NCBI RefSeq assembly: GCF_038025025.1
Contig: NW_027117343.1
Span: 2,170,001-2,234,000, forward strand
Direction: 5' to 3'
DNA length: 64,000 nt
Origin: Phyllosticta citribraziliensis
Taxonomy: Eukaryota
Below, piece after piece: positions 1 to 13,544 of the stretch. The position numbers and the translations under genes are program-made. Positions within the stretch are counted from its first letter, which is position 1. Each line of letters starts with the position of its first letter. The notes below the pieces were generated by a model. It was not told the DNA's origin. It did not search any database and saw only the letters and a list, made by a program, of their open reading frames with translations.

Positions 1-1995
1 CCTCGGGAGCCGCTGGTGATTCTGCAGCGGTGACATTCGCACTTTCAGCAGCTGTTGATTCGGTTTGGATAGGAGCTGCAGGCGGGGAGGCCGGAGGAGT
101 CAAAGCCGAGGACGGTTCCTCAGTTGCAGGAGCCGCTGGGCCAGGCGAAACAGAGTTCTCTGCGGTAGTACCGGGAGCTTCGTCCTCGGGTGCGTTAGAC
201 ATCTCCACATCACCATCTTGGTCGGCCGCGCCTGTGCCAGTTGCAGCGTCCGGTGCGGGAGATGCAGCTGCTGAGCCTTCTTGGCTTCGCGATGCGGCAT
301 CTTCGGCACCTGCAGATGGGCTGTCCCTCTTTGACGACTTGCCCGTGTCTGGTGCGTCGTTTGTGTCTTCGGCGCCGTTGGCACTTCCTGGTCTGTCCAG
401 CGGAGTGGCGTCTCCGTCCTCTGCGTGAGCATTCGGGTAGTCCATAATGTTCATGCGGCGCTTTTTGCTGGGCTGCTTCCGGACGCCCTGCCGCTCGTTC
501 TCTCCTTCGTCTTCGCTGTCACTAAGCTCACCCTCCTTCTCTACCCGCTTGTCCCATCGGTGCTGGGTGTATCGGACGTCCGGGTTTTCGTCTTCATCGA
601 GGTCATTCATCTCGTCCTCAGCCTCGTCATCCATACCGGGCATGAGCGGTGAACGGGGGACGTCGGTCATTTGTACAGAGGGCGCAAAAGCGGTGCGCTT
701 GATGTTTTCAATAACCTGCGAGCGGATCTTATCCAGGTACTCGGGGGAGTTGGCGTTGTCCATATTTGAGGGTCGGACATCTAGTTGGTAGTCGGGACCA
801 AAGTACTGCTTCGGTTAGCAATGGCTCGAGACAGGCTGTGCTGGGTACCTACTTCATAATAGTCGTTAAAGGGGAGGTCTGGACCCAACTCTGAACCAAC
901 CAATTGGCCAGTCTCAAATGCCCACGTCCGGGCAACGTTGCGCATGGTATATCCGCCGCCTCCGAGAACCAACACCGGCAGGTTGAAGCCCTTGACAAAG
1001 CGTACGCAGTTTGCATGGCCCTTCATGCTGAGGTTGAATGCGCCCAACCTGTCACCCGACAGGCTATCTCCACCACATTGTAAGACGACTGCCTCGGGTC
1101 TGTACCAATCCATGACGGCCTTGATCACTGGCTCAAAGATGCTCTTGTAGGTCTCGTCCGTAATGCCGTCCCGGAGCGGAAAGTTGACGGCGTAGTATTT
1201 GCCGTTTCCAACACCAATATCGCGGAGCTCGCCAGTTCCCGGAAAGTATTCACCATACTTGTGAAAAGATACCGTCATCACGCGATCGGTCGTGTAGAAT
1301 GCTTCTTCGACACCGTCGCCGTGGTGCACATCAATGTCGATGTACAGAACGCGCTGCTTGAAACGGAGGAGCTCAATGATTCCAAGGACAATGTCTGCCG
1401 CAGAGTCAGCTTGCATGCTCTGCAAATAGCCGAGGCAAACGTACCGTTCACGTAGCAGAAGCCACTGGCTTCGCTCTTTTTCGCGTGGTGGAGGCCGCCC
1501 GCCCAGTTGACAGCCACATCACACTTGCCGCGGTTCAACCTAGCAGCACCCTCCATACTGCCACCTGCGCTGATTCCACAGTATTCAAAAAGACCGTCAA
1601 AGACTGGGCAGTCATCCCCCACGTTGAAACGGCTCTGCTCTTTCGAGAAATTGTCCATGTTGTCGGGCGTAACCTTTTGTAGGAAGTCCACGTATTCATC
1701 CGTGTGGAATTGGGTCATTTCGAACTTGGAGGCAGGTTTGGCGCGCTGTCCCCAGTGTCAGTGAGCTCTCAAGCGTGGTCCATGGGCAAGGACACTGACG
1801 TATATCTCGAGCTTTTTATACAAGCCATAGTTCATGATCAGACTGTGAGTGACGCGTATACGGTGCGGCTTCATCGGATGACCCGCGACGTATGCATAGT
1901 TGCCAACATCAGAATCGTAGAAGTAAGCGACCTTCTTGGGCTGGGAGCTTCCATTGGTGTTGAACTCGTCCAAGGGAGGACCGGCGCCCACCATG
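1..1995 (-). CDS. RPD3: Class I histone deacetylase Rpd3; 3' end runs off the window start; 3 introns (~810-851, ~1396-1444, 1746-1799)
   Basis: Exons join into [72 protein letters not shown] and GGGGYT motifs, followed by an acidic low-complexity tail. Introns are GT-AG with CTRAC branch points. Confidence 0.97.
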
Positions 1996-2385
1996 TTTGC
2001 GACTGTGCGGATTTGTAGGTGAGAGCAAACAGGACAAGGTTTGAGGGAGGTTTGAGGGAGCTCCAAAGTGCGCCCTTGCAAAGAGATGAAGGCAAAGCAG
2101 CCTGGGGCGTTGGACGCGCGAACATGCGCCTACATCAGAAGGCCCTAGCGCGGGCGGTCAGCCAGCTAGCGCGTCGGCGCCGCTGGTTCGCCGACCTCCG
2201 TACCTCAGACCCAAGCTGCCGAAGCTACTGACGCCTTCACTGAACTGCATCCACTCTTCCACATCGCGACACCACAAACTCCCCGGCCATCACCGCAAGA
2301 TTCTCTCATCTCCTCCGCTTCTCGAATCCTCGTCTGCTCGACCTTCCTCTCTCGTATTCTCGCCCCACAAATAGCATCATACAAC

Positions 2386-3628
2386 ATGGACCGACTAAAC
2401 CGGATGCTCGCCGCCGCGCAGGGCATGCGAGATGCCGGCCCAGCTCAGGTATGCTTTCCCCGTAATCGCCCAGAGTCTCTAGAATGATGGAGGCATTCCC
2501 ATACCCACACGGATGGTACGCGGATTGGTACTTTGTGCGCGCGTTGCCTCACCACAAACATTGGCCATCTTGGACCGCGCTGACGATGACGGCAGGATAC
2601 CAACCTCATCGACAACTCCGAGACCGTCTACATATCCTCCCTCGCCCTCCTCAAGATGCTTAGGCACGGTCGCGCCGGTGTGCCCATGGAAGTCATGGGT
2701 CTGATGCTGGGAGAGTTTGTCGACGACTACACCGTCAGAGTCGTAGACGTGTTCGCCATGCCTCAGAGCGGTACTGGTGTCAGTGTTGAGGCCGTGGATC
2801 CTGTTTTCCAAACCAAGATGATGGACATGCTGAGACAGACGGGACGGTAAGCAGGTGCTTGGAGCGAAGATGTTGCGGAGCTAACAGCCCTCCGCAGGCC
2901 AGAGACCGTCGTCGGATGGTACCACTCGCATCCTGGTTTTGGCTGCTGGCTTTCCAGCGTCGATATCAACACTCAGCAGTCTTTCGAGCAACTCACTCCT
3001 CGCGCCGTCGCAGTCGTCGTAGATCCTATCCAATCCGTCAAGGGCAAGGTCGTCATCGATGCCTTCCGTCTCATCAGCGCTCAGACCCTCATGATGGGCC
3101 ACGAGCCGCGTCAAACCACGTCCAACCTCGGCCACCTCAACAAACCTTCGATCCAAGCGCTCATCCACGGCCTGAACAGGCACTACTACAGCATAGGCAT
3201 AAACTACAGGAAGACTGGCCTGGAGGAGAACATGCTGATGAACCTCCACAAGCACGTCTGGACGGAGGCTCTCCAGATGGCCGACTTCAAGCAAGAAGGT
3301 GACAGGAACGTCGACAAGCTGCAGAAGCTGGTTGGTTTGGCAGAGGGTTACGAGAAGAGGGTCAAGGAGGAGACGGAGCTGTCCAAGGACCAGTTGAAGA
3401 CAAGATACGTGGGCAAGGTGGATCCCAAGAAGCGTGCGTATTGCCCTTTGGTTTGAAAACTGTCGCTGACCATCATTTGCAGACATTGAGGACGTCGGCC
3501 AGCAGCTGATCGAGGACAACATCGTCGCCGTGTCGAGACAGATGATTGACAAGGAAGCCTGTCTTCCCAAGAACGGCGGCGCGAACGGCGCGGTCAACGG
3601 GGAGATGGAGGTCGACGACGAGCTGTAA
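2386..3628 (+). CDS. RPN11: 26S proteasome lid deubiquitinase Rpn11 (MPN+/JAMM), 3 introns
   Basis: Spliced protein contains [40 protein letters not shown] (JAMM motif) and HGLNRHYYS. Confidence 0.97.
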
Positions 3629-3843
3629 ACGACAATTCTTTCTTGTGCTTAAATTCCAGCATGGGGCGCCGGACAGGACAGGATAGATCCAATTACGGAC
3701 CGTGGCTAGCGCCACTATGGAATCTCGAGGTTGCTTTGCAAATTCATTCAAAATGCCGAAATGGTCGCTGCGAGAACAAAACGCTCAATCCCGAAATACA
3801 GACATGCGAAGCCAAGCCGAAATTCCCGGTGAGTGTCGACCAT

Positions 3844-4197
3844 TTACGACCGTGGACTCACGACCTTGAGAAATCTTGGTCTTTCCCGCGGCTGAATCTC
3901 AATGAATTCTCCTAAGCAGTCGTAACATTCGTCGTATCGTATCACCAAACGGTCCACAACCAACTCTTGCTTCTTACTAGCCAGGCTTGCTCGAATCCAT
4001 GTCACTGGCCGGCCAAAGTAGAGCCAGGAATTGGCGTTGGCGATTTGTGGAGTCTCGGAGTAGAGATCGATTTGCATGACGTTTTTCCGTCCTTTCTTTT
4101 GTTTTCGATGCTGTTTGATGTAGCATTTGTGCCTGCAGATTTCAACGTGGGCCTCGATGTGCCTGCACGCGTATTGGTATTCCGTCTTCTTGCACAT
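3844..4197 (-). CDS. Small hypothetical Cys/His protein (117 aa), MC-x8-C-x-H...CxxC pattern
   Basis: ATG at 4197 gives MCKKTEYQYACRHIEAHVEIC...YDECYDC. This arrangement resembles small fungal putative zinc-binding proteins. No homology search was done. Confidence 0.55.
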   Translation of the reverse strand: MCKKTEYQYACRHIEAHVEICRHKCYIKQHRKQKKGRKNVMQIDLYSETPQIANANSWLYFGRPVTWIRASLASKKQELVVDRLVIRYDECYDCLGEFIEIQPRERPRFLKVVSPRS

Positions 4198-4748
4198 TTC
4201 GAATTTCTTTGGCGGGTTAGTGTCTTGCTTGCTCTGAGGGTGATTGTATTGGTACCTGAAGTGGTGAAGCAGGTTCGCTCCAGTCAGCGTTACTCCAATT
4301 GGCTCTTCTTCTTGTCGATATGAGAGCCTTGTGGGGCGTGAGGATACCAGGATCAAGTCTCGCTCGTTTACTACTTGCAGGGGAGGTCGACCTGGCACTA
4401 TTTAATCCACACCGCTGCGTAGCCAGGTACTGGTACATGGGACGAGCCACATTTTCTGCTCCTGTACAAGACCAACATGTGCATCTGTAAGAAAGCAAAA
4501 TCCTTGGCTCTCGACTTGCTTTGGAGTTGCGTGACCGCCAGATGGTCGCTGTGTATGGGCAGCTGACCGCCAAGACTGGGGATGGATCGGCGTCGCCCCC
4601 GGAGCATTCCTCTGAGACCAACCACTCCGCACCCGACTCTCTATGGATCCACGCTAACAGCGTTTACGAACCTGTCCCACCTGCGAGCCTTTGAACCCAT
4701 CGCCAGTGAGCCTGTCATCACTCACGCGCGACATCCGCAGCCTTCGCG

Positions 4749-6618
4749 ATGGCGCGCCCGCTATTCGAGCAACGTCGTGCCTCCTCCGAGCACACCAACG
4801 ACCGTGGTCTGGCCGAAGAGGACGCTCTGCTTACTGGGGAGCACACCCAGAAGTTTGAGCCTCCCCAGAGCAAATGGAAAAAGATCCGAGAAGTTGGCCT
4901 CTTCGTCTGGGCCCTCCTCGCCACAACCATCGTAATCATCCTCGCCGTCGTCGTCCAAAAGGAGCGCACCACGTCGGCGCCCTCCCCAGTGCCTGACGGC
5001 AAGCGGAACCTCATATTCATGGTGTCGGATGGAATGGGTCCGACGAGTTTGAGTCTGACTCGGAGTTTCAAACAATATGAACAAGCGGAGCCTTTCGACA
5101 ATACGCTCATGCTCGATGGGCACTTGATTGGACAGTCGAGGACTCGAAGCTCGAGCAGCTTGATCACAGACAGCGCAGCTGGAGCCACGGCCTTTTCTTG
5201 CGGACACAAGAGCTACAACGGAGCAATCTCCATGCTGCCAGACCACCAGCCCTGCGGTACCGTGCTGGAGGCGGCGAAGAGGGCTGGATACATGACTGGA
5301 CTTGTCGTCACGACGCGGATTACGGACGCCACACCCGCCTGCTTTGCGGCCCATGTGAACATGCGGTCGGAGGAAGATAGGATTGCTGAACAAATGGTCG
5401 GGGACTATCCGTTGGGTCGCGTGGTGGACTTGATGTTGGGTGGCGGGAGGTGCCACTTCCTCCCGAACTCGACCGAAGGATCCTGCCGCGATGACGATAG
5501 GGACATTATTGCGTATGCAAAAGAGCAAGGCTTCGATTATGTCGACAGCAGGAGTGGATTCGATGGTCTCAAGGAGGGCACCGCCGTCAACCTCCCTCTG
5601 CTGGGACTCTTTGCAAGGACGGATATTCCTTACGAGATTGACCGCCGCAATGAGGCAGACATCTACCCGTCTTTGGATGAAATGGCGAGGACGGCCATGA
5701 AGGCGTTGAGTGACGCTACCAGGGACAGCGACAAGGGGTTCTTCTTGATGATTGAGGGTAGCCGAATTGACCACGCCGGTCATGCCAACGATCCTGCGGC
5801 TCAGGTACACGAAGTATTGGCGTACGACAAGGCCTTCACTAGCGTACTCGAATTCCTCGAGAAGGACGACACTGAGGGTGTCATGGTCAGCACGAGCGAC
5901 CACGAGACCGGAGGTCTCGCTACTGCCCGCCGTACGTTCCTGTCCCTTGCATATCGCGTGCGCCGCTAACTCCTTTGCAGAGCTCCACTCCACCTACCCC
6001 GAGTATCTCTGGTACCCTGGAGTCCTCTCCAATACCTCGCACTCGGCGGAGCGTGTCACCCATAACTACCACAGCTTCCTGTCCGGCCAGCCCAAGAAGC
6101 CAGCCATTGAGTCATGGGTCCGGGAGAACGTCAAGAAAGGCCTCGGCATTGACGATGCCGCTGACAGCGAAATCAAGAGCCTGGTAGAAAAACCAGAACT
6201 CGCCCCGTACACATTTGCGGACATGGTCAGCCGTCGCAGCCAGATCGGATGGAGCACGCACGGCCATTCTGGTAAGTCGGACGCATTCCTTCACATAATC
6301 CACAGTCACTGACAATGGTACCCAGCTGCCGACGTCAACATCTTCGCGTCGTCGCGCAAAGCCGCCGCCCCGCTCGTCGGCAACCACGAGAACACCGAGG
6401 TTGGCGATTTCCTGCGCAGATACCTGGACGTTGACGTTGAAGCCATCACCAAGGAGCTGCAGGCCAAGGGCACCAGCTTCGTCAATGCCTTGGGCCAGGC
6501 GGTGGATTGGATGGGAGCGCCTCCTAGCCAAGACAAGGAGCACGGCTGGGAAGACCATCTCGACCACTACCAGCATGACTTTAAGAAGCACAAGAGGTGC
6601 GAGGTTTGCGGCGTGTAA
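4749..6618 (+). CDS. PHO8: Vacuolar repressible alkaline phosphatase (type II membrane protein), 2 introns
   Basis: N-terminal EEDALL dileucine-type signal, one TM helix, IFMVSDGMG, TDSAAGATA (catalytic Ser), EGSRIDHAGHAND, TSDHETGG and WSTHGHS motifs. Stop TAA at 6616-6618. Confidence 0.95.
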
Positions 6619-7004
6619 ATGAATGATCGCAGATTGATCGTTTCCCATGACCTCCTTTCGATTTTGTAGTTATGATCTCGGTCAGGTCAGGCGTTGGAGG
6701 GCTTTTTTGCCATTTGGCCTCCTTTTGTATGAACAGTGTGGATTCGAGTATAATGTTCAGATCAGTTTGGAAAGGGTTCCATTTTAGAACAAGATTATAA
6801 AAGGACTAAACCTCGCTGAATGAAGCTGCAAGCAAGCCGAGCTGGGCCGGCTGGCTGTTGGTATATTCCCTTTTATGCAAACCTGTTGATGACTCTCTTT
6901 TTCGCTCGTCGCCCTTAATGATATCCCCCAAAACGCCGTCGCTATGCAAAATGATTCCTTTTTTTGAAATGAGCACCGCCTCACAGGCCAAGTGCCGTCG
7001 ACGC

Positions 7005-8081
7005 TTATAGCGCAAGCCACTCCTCGAAGTAGACGCAATTGCTCGCGCTCACTGGTCCTCCCTCTTCGCACAGGTTGAAGACCGGGCACCGTCCACAAGG
7101 CGCCTGCGTAAGGCCGTTGCCCCAAGGCTCTTCGTCGTCGGGAGCCTGTCTAGTGCTCCTGTATCCCATAGCGCCGATGCGCTCCAAACGACCATCAAAG
7201 ACTAGATTGTCCAGTAGCATGCGCAGGTCCGTCTCACGAATCACGACGCCCTCAATGACGCCACTGTTCCTGATGAAGTCCAGGATCGAAGACGCCGTGG
7301 GATAATTGCGGTAGCCCGGGGGGTGCGGAACAAGCGGGCGTCCTGCGCGACCTGTCGGAGGTTTGTATTTTGGCGGATCGGCTGCAGGGTCGTGTCTGCG
7401 AGCGGCTGCGGCCTCCTTCTTGCGCGCAATGGCTTCCTTGCTCACAACCGGGCGCGGCTGCTCGACCCAGCTTTCGCCCTCGACCCATTGCACGATGACA
7501 CTCCCGATCGTGTCGATGAGCTCGACGTCGAGCTCGCCGTCCGTGTGCCATGGTCCACCCGAGACGTCTTCGGCGGGCGTCAGGTGCGCGAGCATGTAAA
7601 TCTTGCGGCCGGGGTTCTTGACGCTGGTGATGGACTTGACGAGCCGCTTGCCCTCGAGCGACTTGAGCGCCTTGTTGATGACGGTCTGGTGGAAGTTGGT
7701 CTTGGCTTTGATTGTGCGCGTCCACATGCCTTGGTCGCTGGTCGAGGAAATGTGCGAATATACTACGCGCTCGTTCGGATCCATGGAACGCAGTCTGAAG
7801 CGCATCTAGGGTCAGCATGATTGCTTGCCGTGGTGGGCTTTGCCGTCTCACTTGTTTGCATCTTCGCGCGTCCGCAGCCGCCAGCATAGCGTCCGGTCCC
7901 ATGTATTCTGGCCAGACTCGAGGAGCTCGAACAGATGCGAGTCGACCAGAAGCTGGCACAGCATGACCAGCTCCTCGACATCCTTGGCAATGTTGAGCAG
8001 AACGAGGTCTTCCTGGAAGAAAATGGTGCCCGGCTCGCGCTCGGCGCACTTGTCGTAGAGTAGGTCTTTTTTGCTCGCCAT
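7005..8081 (-). CDS. RPC34: RNA polymerase III subunit C34 (Rpc34/RPC6), 1 intron
   Basis: Winged-helix segment (GMWTRTIKAKTNFHQTVINKALKSLEGKRLVKSI), SGGPW..DGELD, and C-terminal CGRCPVFNLC..C Fe-S-type motif. Confidence 0.92.
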
Positions 8082-10126
8082 TTTGAAGATGTGTTCTCGT
8101 CGACGGAGGCCAAGCTATCGGGCTATCTGTCGACCATGGAGAGGATTGTCGGAGCGTGTGAGGCGTGTTGGTGGTGGACGCGACAGAATCAAAGAGTCAA
8201 GTAAGATGCGACGCGATTATTCCTAGACGACCACCCAGGAAATTCAGCAGAGGGTCCGTGCCCAGCCAAGGCGGTGAAGAATCGGCCTTCAAAACCCCGA
8301 CCAATCCCAGTGCCTGCTGAATAAGTCAAGACCCAGATCAGTACCTCTCGCCGGTCATCTCCAAGACCTTTGCCGTCTCGATCATCATCTCGCCATTACA
8401 TCCTAGCAGGTGGATGAATATGTGCTTTTGCTTTATTGAAACCTACAGCCTCATTCTTTGCTGATGCAGTCTAGGATCCCTCAACTTCAAAGGGGACTCC
8501 TCTTACGCAATCTCTTTTCCCCGGACTCAGCTCTACTGCCAATCAACGTTCGCTTCATTCGCTTCTTGTTCATCTGATATCTAAGCCCAGAAGCTAGTGC
8601 TGTACAACTCATTGACAAAAGCTGAAAAGAAGCATTCAGCCACATTCGCTTAAGACCTCCACAATGCTTACTTGATCGACACCTTGGACTTTACTTTGTC
8701 TCTTAGCCAAGCGCTGCGTCTGCTAGTCCAAAGCTTTTGGATGTAACTTGGACTCGCACGACATTCTCCCGACCCTCGCTGTCCCTTGTTCCTTGCGGAG
8801 ATCAAGTCAAGGATTTCAACACTGCGAAACAGCCGGCACATCACACAGCTCGGCAGCGTGATTCAAAGTCTACAGCACAGGTACAACAAGCTAGCGAGTC
8901 ATCAGCAAGCTGTAGTTGCCCAGGCAATCTGCAGTGACACTATCAGTCCGCGCTAGGATGGCACTCCAGGTGACCAATCATCCTTCACGGGGAATGGAGT
9001 CGACAGCGGCTGCCCTGACGATCGCACTGCTGCGAGCGGGGTGAGTGCAGACTGCATGTCCCAAAAGGCCGGGGACAGTAACAGCCATGACCACTAGAGA
9101 GTGGATGGATCCCCACAGTGTTTGCAGTTCCAGGGGTTTGGGAATCTGGGGTAGTTGACAGTCTGTGCACATGGCCGACGGCAAGAGGAGGATTCATGTT
9201 GTGTTCCCATTCCATGCGTCGGTCAACCCCGACGGACGTATCTAAAGCTTCTGGACTCTGGAGGCGGCCTTGCGTCACCATACGGAGCAACATGTCGATA
9301 GGCGTGCACTGCTTATGGGGAGCGTCGGCCGGGCCCGCTCCTCGCATGCCGTCCCACTGATCTGCGATTGCTCGCACATTTGGACGACGGACGAGGGGAT
9401 GCAGCTCCTGAATGATGGCCGGTTGAGGTTGGAACAAACTTGTCATGGATCCTGGCCGGTCAATCAAGTTCCCGTTGCTTGGTACGTCTCCAGGGCAGTT
9501 TTGGCAATTTAGGTTTCGGTCGGGTAGGCTCGGCCTGCCGTTTACGCCAAAGCGCCAAACATCAAAATGCATCCGATGCTGTACGCCGCAGGGCTTATCA
9601 CGCGACGGGCAAGGCTCTCGAAAGGTCAAGGTCCACCGCTCATCCTCAGCGTGGGCAGTTGCCCTGTTTGGCGGCCAAGACTGCGCCTATCGTTGCCGTC
9701 ATCCTTGCAAGTCACGGTGGCATGTCGATGTTGAGACGCAGCCAGCGCGAGTGGCGCGTGGCGACCGGCCTCGAGGCTTTTGCATGGCCGAATGCTGGCC
9801 CCAAGACGATGCTAATTTGCTGATCCAGGGTCGGGCTTTCGGCCTTACCTTATCACTGCCTTCGATTGGGACGAGCAAAAATTGGATCCGCTTCTGCACC
9901 CTCTCTGCTCGCCAGCTGCATGCGAACCCGGTCAATCGCTTTTGTTATTTTAATCATGGTCCTGCCGGTCTCTGCTTCCCTGGTTTCTTTTCCCGCGTCC
10001 CCAATTCCCCGGTTCCCTGCCTGGCTACCACCCTCTCCAGGCTGCTGAAGATCAAACTCCTTCGCGGAGCTTTGGCTAGCCTCGACACTAAAACTCCTCG
10101 CGACCTCGCGTCCCCCGCGTCGCGCC

Positions 10127-11861
10127 ATGGCCTTCTTCGACGTCGAGAAGTCGGCCGCCGAAGCCGAAGTTGGCTCCGCCGACTCTTCCAACAAGCACGG
10201 CACCCCGACCTACACCGTCGAAGGCAATGCTGTGCCTGGCGAGAGCTTCGAATATGGTGACAGCTTCTACGCACGCATGCAGAGGCTGGCCGGCAAGTTC
10301 AACATTGAGCAGAGAGGCATTGAGCGCGTGCCTGAAAATGAGCGCACCGATACCTCTCTCTTGAATGTTGGCACCATGGTAATGGCCCGCGGTCCAAATA
10401 TCTCCTGCCCTCCTGCTAACGGGGCTTCAGTGGCTTTCCGCAAACATGGTCGTTTCGTCCTTTGCCATTGGTATCCTGGGAACGGAGCTTTTTCAACTGG
10501 GCGTCGCCGACGCCATGTTGGTCTGCCTCTTTTTCAACCTGCTCGGAATCATTCCAGTCTGCTGGTTCTCCGGCTTTGGGCCCATCTTTGGTCTCCGCCA
10601 GATGGTGCTCTCCCGCTTCTGGTACGGCTGGTATGGAGTGAAGCTCAGTAAGATTTTAGGTGTCCGTCTCAATTTCTTAGACTAACGTCACGTCAGTTGC
10701 TTGCTTCAACGTTCTGGCTTGCATGGGCTGGTCCTCCGTCAACTCCATCGTCGGTGCTCAGCTGATTCACGCCGTAAACACTGACGTTCCTGGTTGGGCT
10801 GGCATTGTCATTATTGCCGTCTGCACCTTCCTCGTCACACTTTTTGGCTACAAGATTGTCCACGCCTACGAGTTTTGGTCCTGGATCCCGACATTCATTG
10901 TGTTTTTGATCACCCTCGGCGTCTTTGCCCACAGCGGCGACTTTCAGTCCATCCCCATGGGAGTCGGCAAATCAGAGCTCGGCGGCGTCCTCTCTTTTGG
11001 CTGCACAGTGTACGGTTTCGCAACCGGCTGGGCCAGTTACGCGGCCGACTACACCGTATACCAGCCAAGCAACCAGAGCCGCCGAAAGGTCTTTGTCAGC
11101 ACATACCTTGGTCTCATCTTTCCGCTCCTCTTCACCCAGATGCTCGGAGTCGCCGTCTACTCTGCCACGCAGCTCAACGGTGGTGACAACCGCTACGCAG
11201 AGGGATACGCAAGCTCCAGCACCGGTGGCTTGCTCGCCGCCGTCCTCGTCTACAAGATGGGCCGGTTCGGCGAGTTCTGCCTCGTCATCCTGGCTCTGTC
11301 CATCATCGCCAACAACTGCCCCAACATCTACTCCATCGCCCTGACTGTGCAAGTCTTTGCGCGCTGGACCACCCACATTCCCCGGTGGGTCTGGACCGGC
11401 ATCGGTACCGGCGTCTACATCGCCATTGCCATCCCGGGCTACTCGCACTTCAACATTGTCCTCGGTAAGCCAACCCCTCTCTCTCCTCGTCATCACACGC
11501 ACCCAACTAACGCAACCTCGCAGAAAACTTCATGAACTTCATCGGCTACTGGCTCGCCATCTACGAAGGCATCGCCGTGTCGGACCACTTCCTCTTCAAG
11601 CGCGGCATCGGCGGCTACGACCCGGCCGACTACGACAAGCCCGAAAAGCTGCCGCCGGGCATCGCGGCCATCTTCGCCTTTTGCTTCGGCGTCGCCGGCA
11701 TGGTCACCGGTATGTCGCAGACGTGGTTTATCGGCCCCATCGCCCGCCACGCTGGCTTGCCCGGCATTGGCGGCGATGTTGGGTTTGAGCTCGGCTTTGC
11801 TTTTGCTGCTGTCGCGTATGTGCCGTTGCGCATGGTTGAGTTGAAGATGTTTGGCCGGTAG
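10127..11861 (+). CDS. FCY2: Purine-cytosine permease (NCS1 family, Fcy2/FcyB-like), 3 introns
   Basis: IEQRGIERVP, WLSANM, GLRQMVLSRFW, GWASYAADY and IANNCPNIYS motifs; many TM helices; canonical introns. Confidence 0.93.
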
Positions 11862-11884
11862 AGCTGCCAGGGGCGAATGGGCGC

Positions 11885-13330
11885 CTGGTTGTCGTTGTCG
11901 TTGTTGTCGTTGTTGTTGTCTCTGACGATTGTTGGGCGTGATCAAAAGATTAAAACGGATAGAAGGATGGACGGACGGACCCACGCAAGGCGCCGGTGGA
12001 TGCATCTCCTCTCAGTCGGACACGCGTTTGTTCTTTCACATTTGGACGTCTTTTTCCGGGCATGGGATAGGTGCTTGGGCATCGCATCATCATCTTGATT
12101 GCATCTCTGCGCTGGGTGGGGCATAGCATGGCATAGCATGGCATGCTTGCTTGGTCGTAGCATTTCTTTGCGTTGTCATCGTCGTCGTCGTTTTTGCCGA
12201 GATACCACATCATATATACTTATTGTTGTTGCTGTCATTGTCATTGTCGGTTTTGTTGCTCTCCTGCTGTTCTTGTCTTCTCGTCTATGGTTCGGCAAGC
12301 CTGGCGGTTGATGAGACACGTGTCTTCCCTCGGTATGTAGATATCCCAGATACCTAATTACCTAGGCCAGCTCGGCTGGTCATGCATCAATGCTCTGCTC
12401 CCCCCATGTGGCTATCTGTTGTGATGAACGCTCCCTGGGCATGCTGTGCGGCGCAGGAAAGCCAATGATGACAGGGCCAACAGTCTCCCCTTCGTTCTGT
12501 ATGTCCATCCACAACCCTCTCCATCTCCCTCTCGTGCGTATTACGAATTATGGATTACTATTTTTCTCTTTCTTTCTCTCTCTCTCTCTCCCCCTCTTCC
12601 TGTCCTCTCTCTAGTCTACGCCCGTACATCATTTGTCTCCATCTCTACATCTCTACGCAGCAAATGTACATCTGCAGCGTCGGCGCGGACGGTCTTCTTC
12701 TTCCCACCCGGCCAGGCCAATGCGAGAGCGGCGCTGGGTATGGGGTTGACTGACTGCCGTACCGTACATCGTCTGTTTGGCTGCGGTCAGGCAAGGCAGG
12801 CGCTGGGGCGCTCCCGGCGTGGCGTGCCATATTACTATTACAAGAGCCATCGACCGGCCTCGAGTCTGCCTTGTGCTGCCATCGTGTTTTTGTTAACATG
12901 GGCGCCGCTTGACGCAAAGCAGCGGCGGGAGTTGTAACGGAAATGACGGCAAGACGCTATGCATCGCATGCAGGATAAGCAAGCAGGACGGGCAAGCAGA
13001 TAAGCAGACAAGACAAACAAACAAAACGTGACCAGAAGCAACAAGAAGCAGGCAAGAGAGGTAGCGTAGCACATTCATTGACACGACCGACCGACCGACC
13101 GACTGTCCAGTCCAGTGCCGTCGCGTCGCGTCCCCATCCAAAGATGTTTGCGGCGAGTTGGGCTACCTACGTATGTAGCGTAGCGTGGCGTGGCTGGGTA
13201 TAGCAGAGAGAAAAAAGAACAAGTACAAAAAAACGAACAAACGGAAAAAGAGGATATACAGACGAAGAAGAAGAAGAGAAAATTCGTTGGCAGCAAGAAT
13301 GTTTCAGCTCGACGAGGATATCACCACATC
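11885..13330. repeat. Microsatellite-rich convergent intergenic/3'UTR region
   Basis: (TTGTCG)n at ~11888-11918, (GCATA/GCATG)n at ~12121, (CT)n at ~12575, (ACCG)n at ~13086, (GAA)n at ~13264. Confidence 0.75.
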
Positions 13331-13544
13331 TCCGCGGCCCTCCTTCCTAGACTAATGCGAGAAAAGAGAAGGAAGGCATCGATGGACGCGGTTCGTGTGT
13401 CGCGCGTGCGCGCGGCGATGATGGGGCCAGAGCCGAAAAAAGAAGAAAGCAACAACAACAGCAATAATCCGGACACGTTTTTTTCGTTTCCCACTCCTCA
13501 TCCCATCCTCTCCAGATCGGTCGAAACCGCAACGAACGAGCCGC

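Noticed and set aside
4761..5993. Long antisense ORFs (also 54744-55844, 31312-32415, 32520-33470, 44808-45791)
   Set aside because: Shadows of GC3-rich genuine genes on the opposite strand.
8985..10260. Overlapping 214-aa and 271-aa ORFs upstream of the permease
   Set aside because: No recognisable domain or coding bias (the 214-aa ORF also lacks an ATG start); likely promoter/intergenic sequence, though an orphan cannot be excluded.
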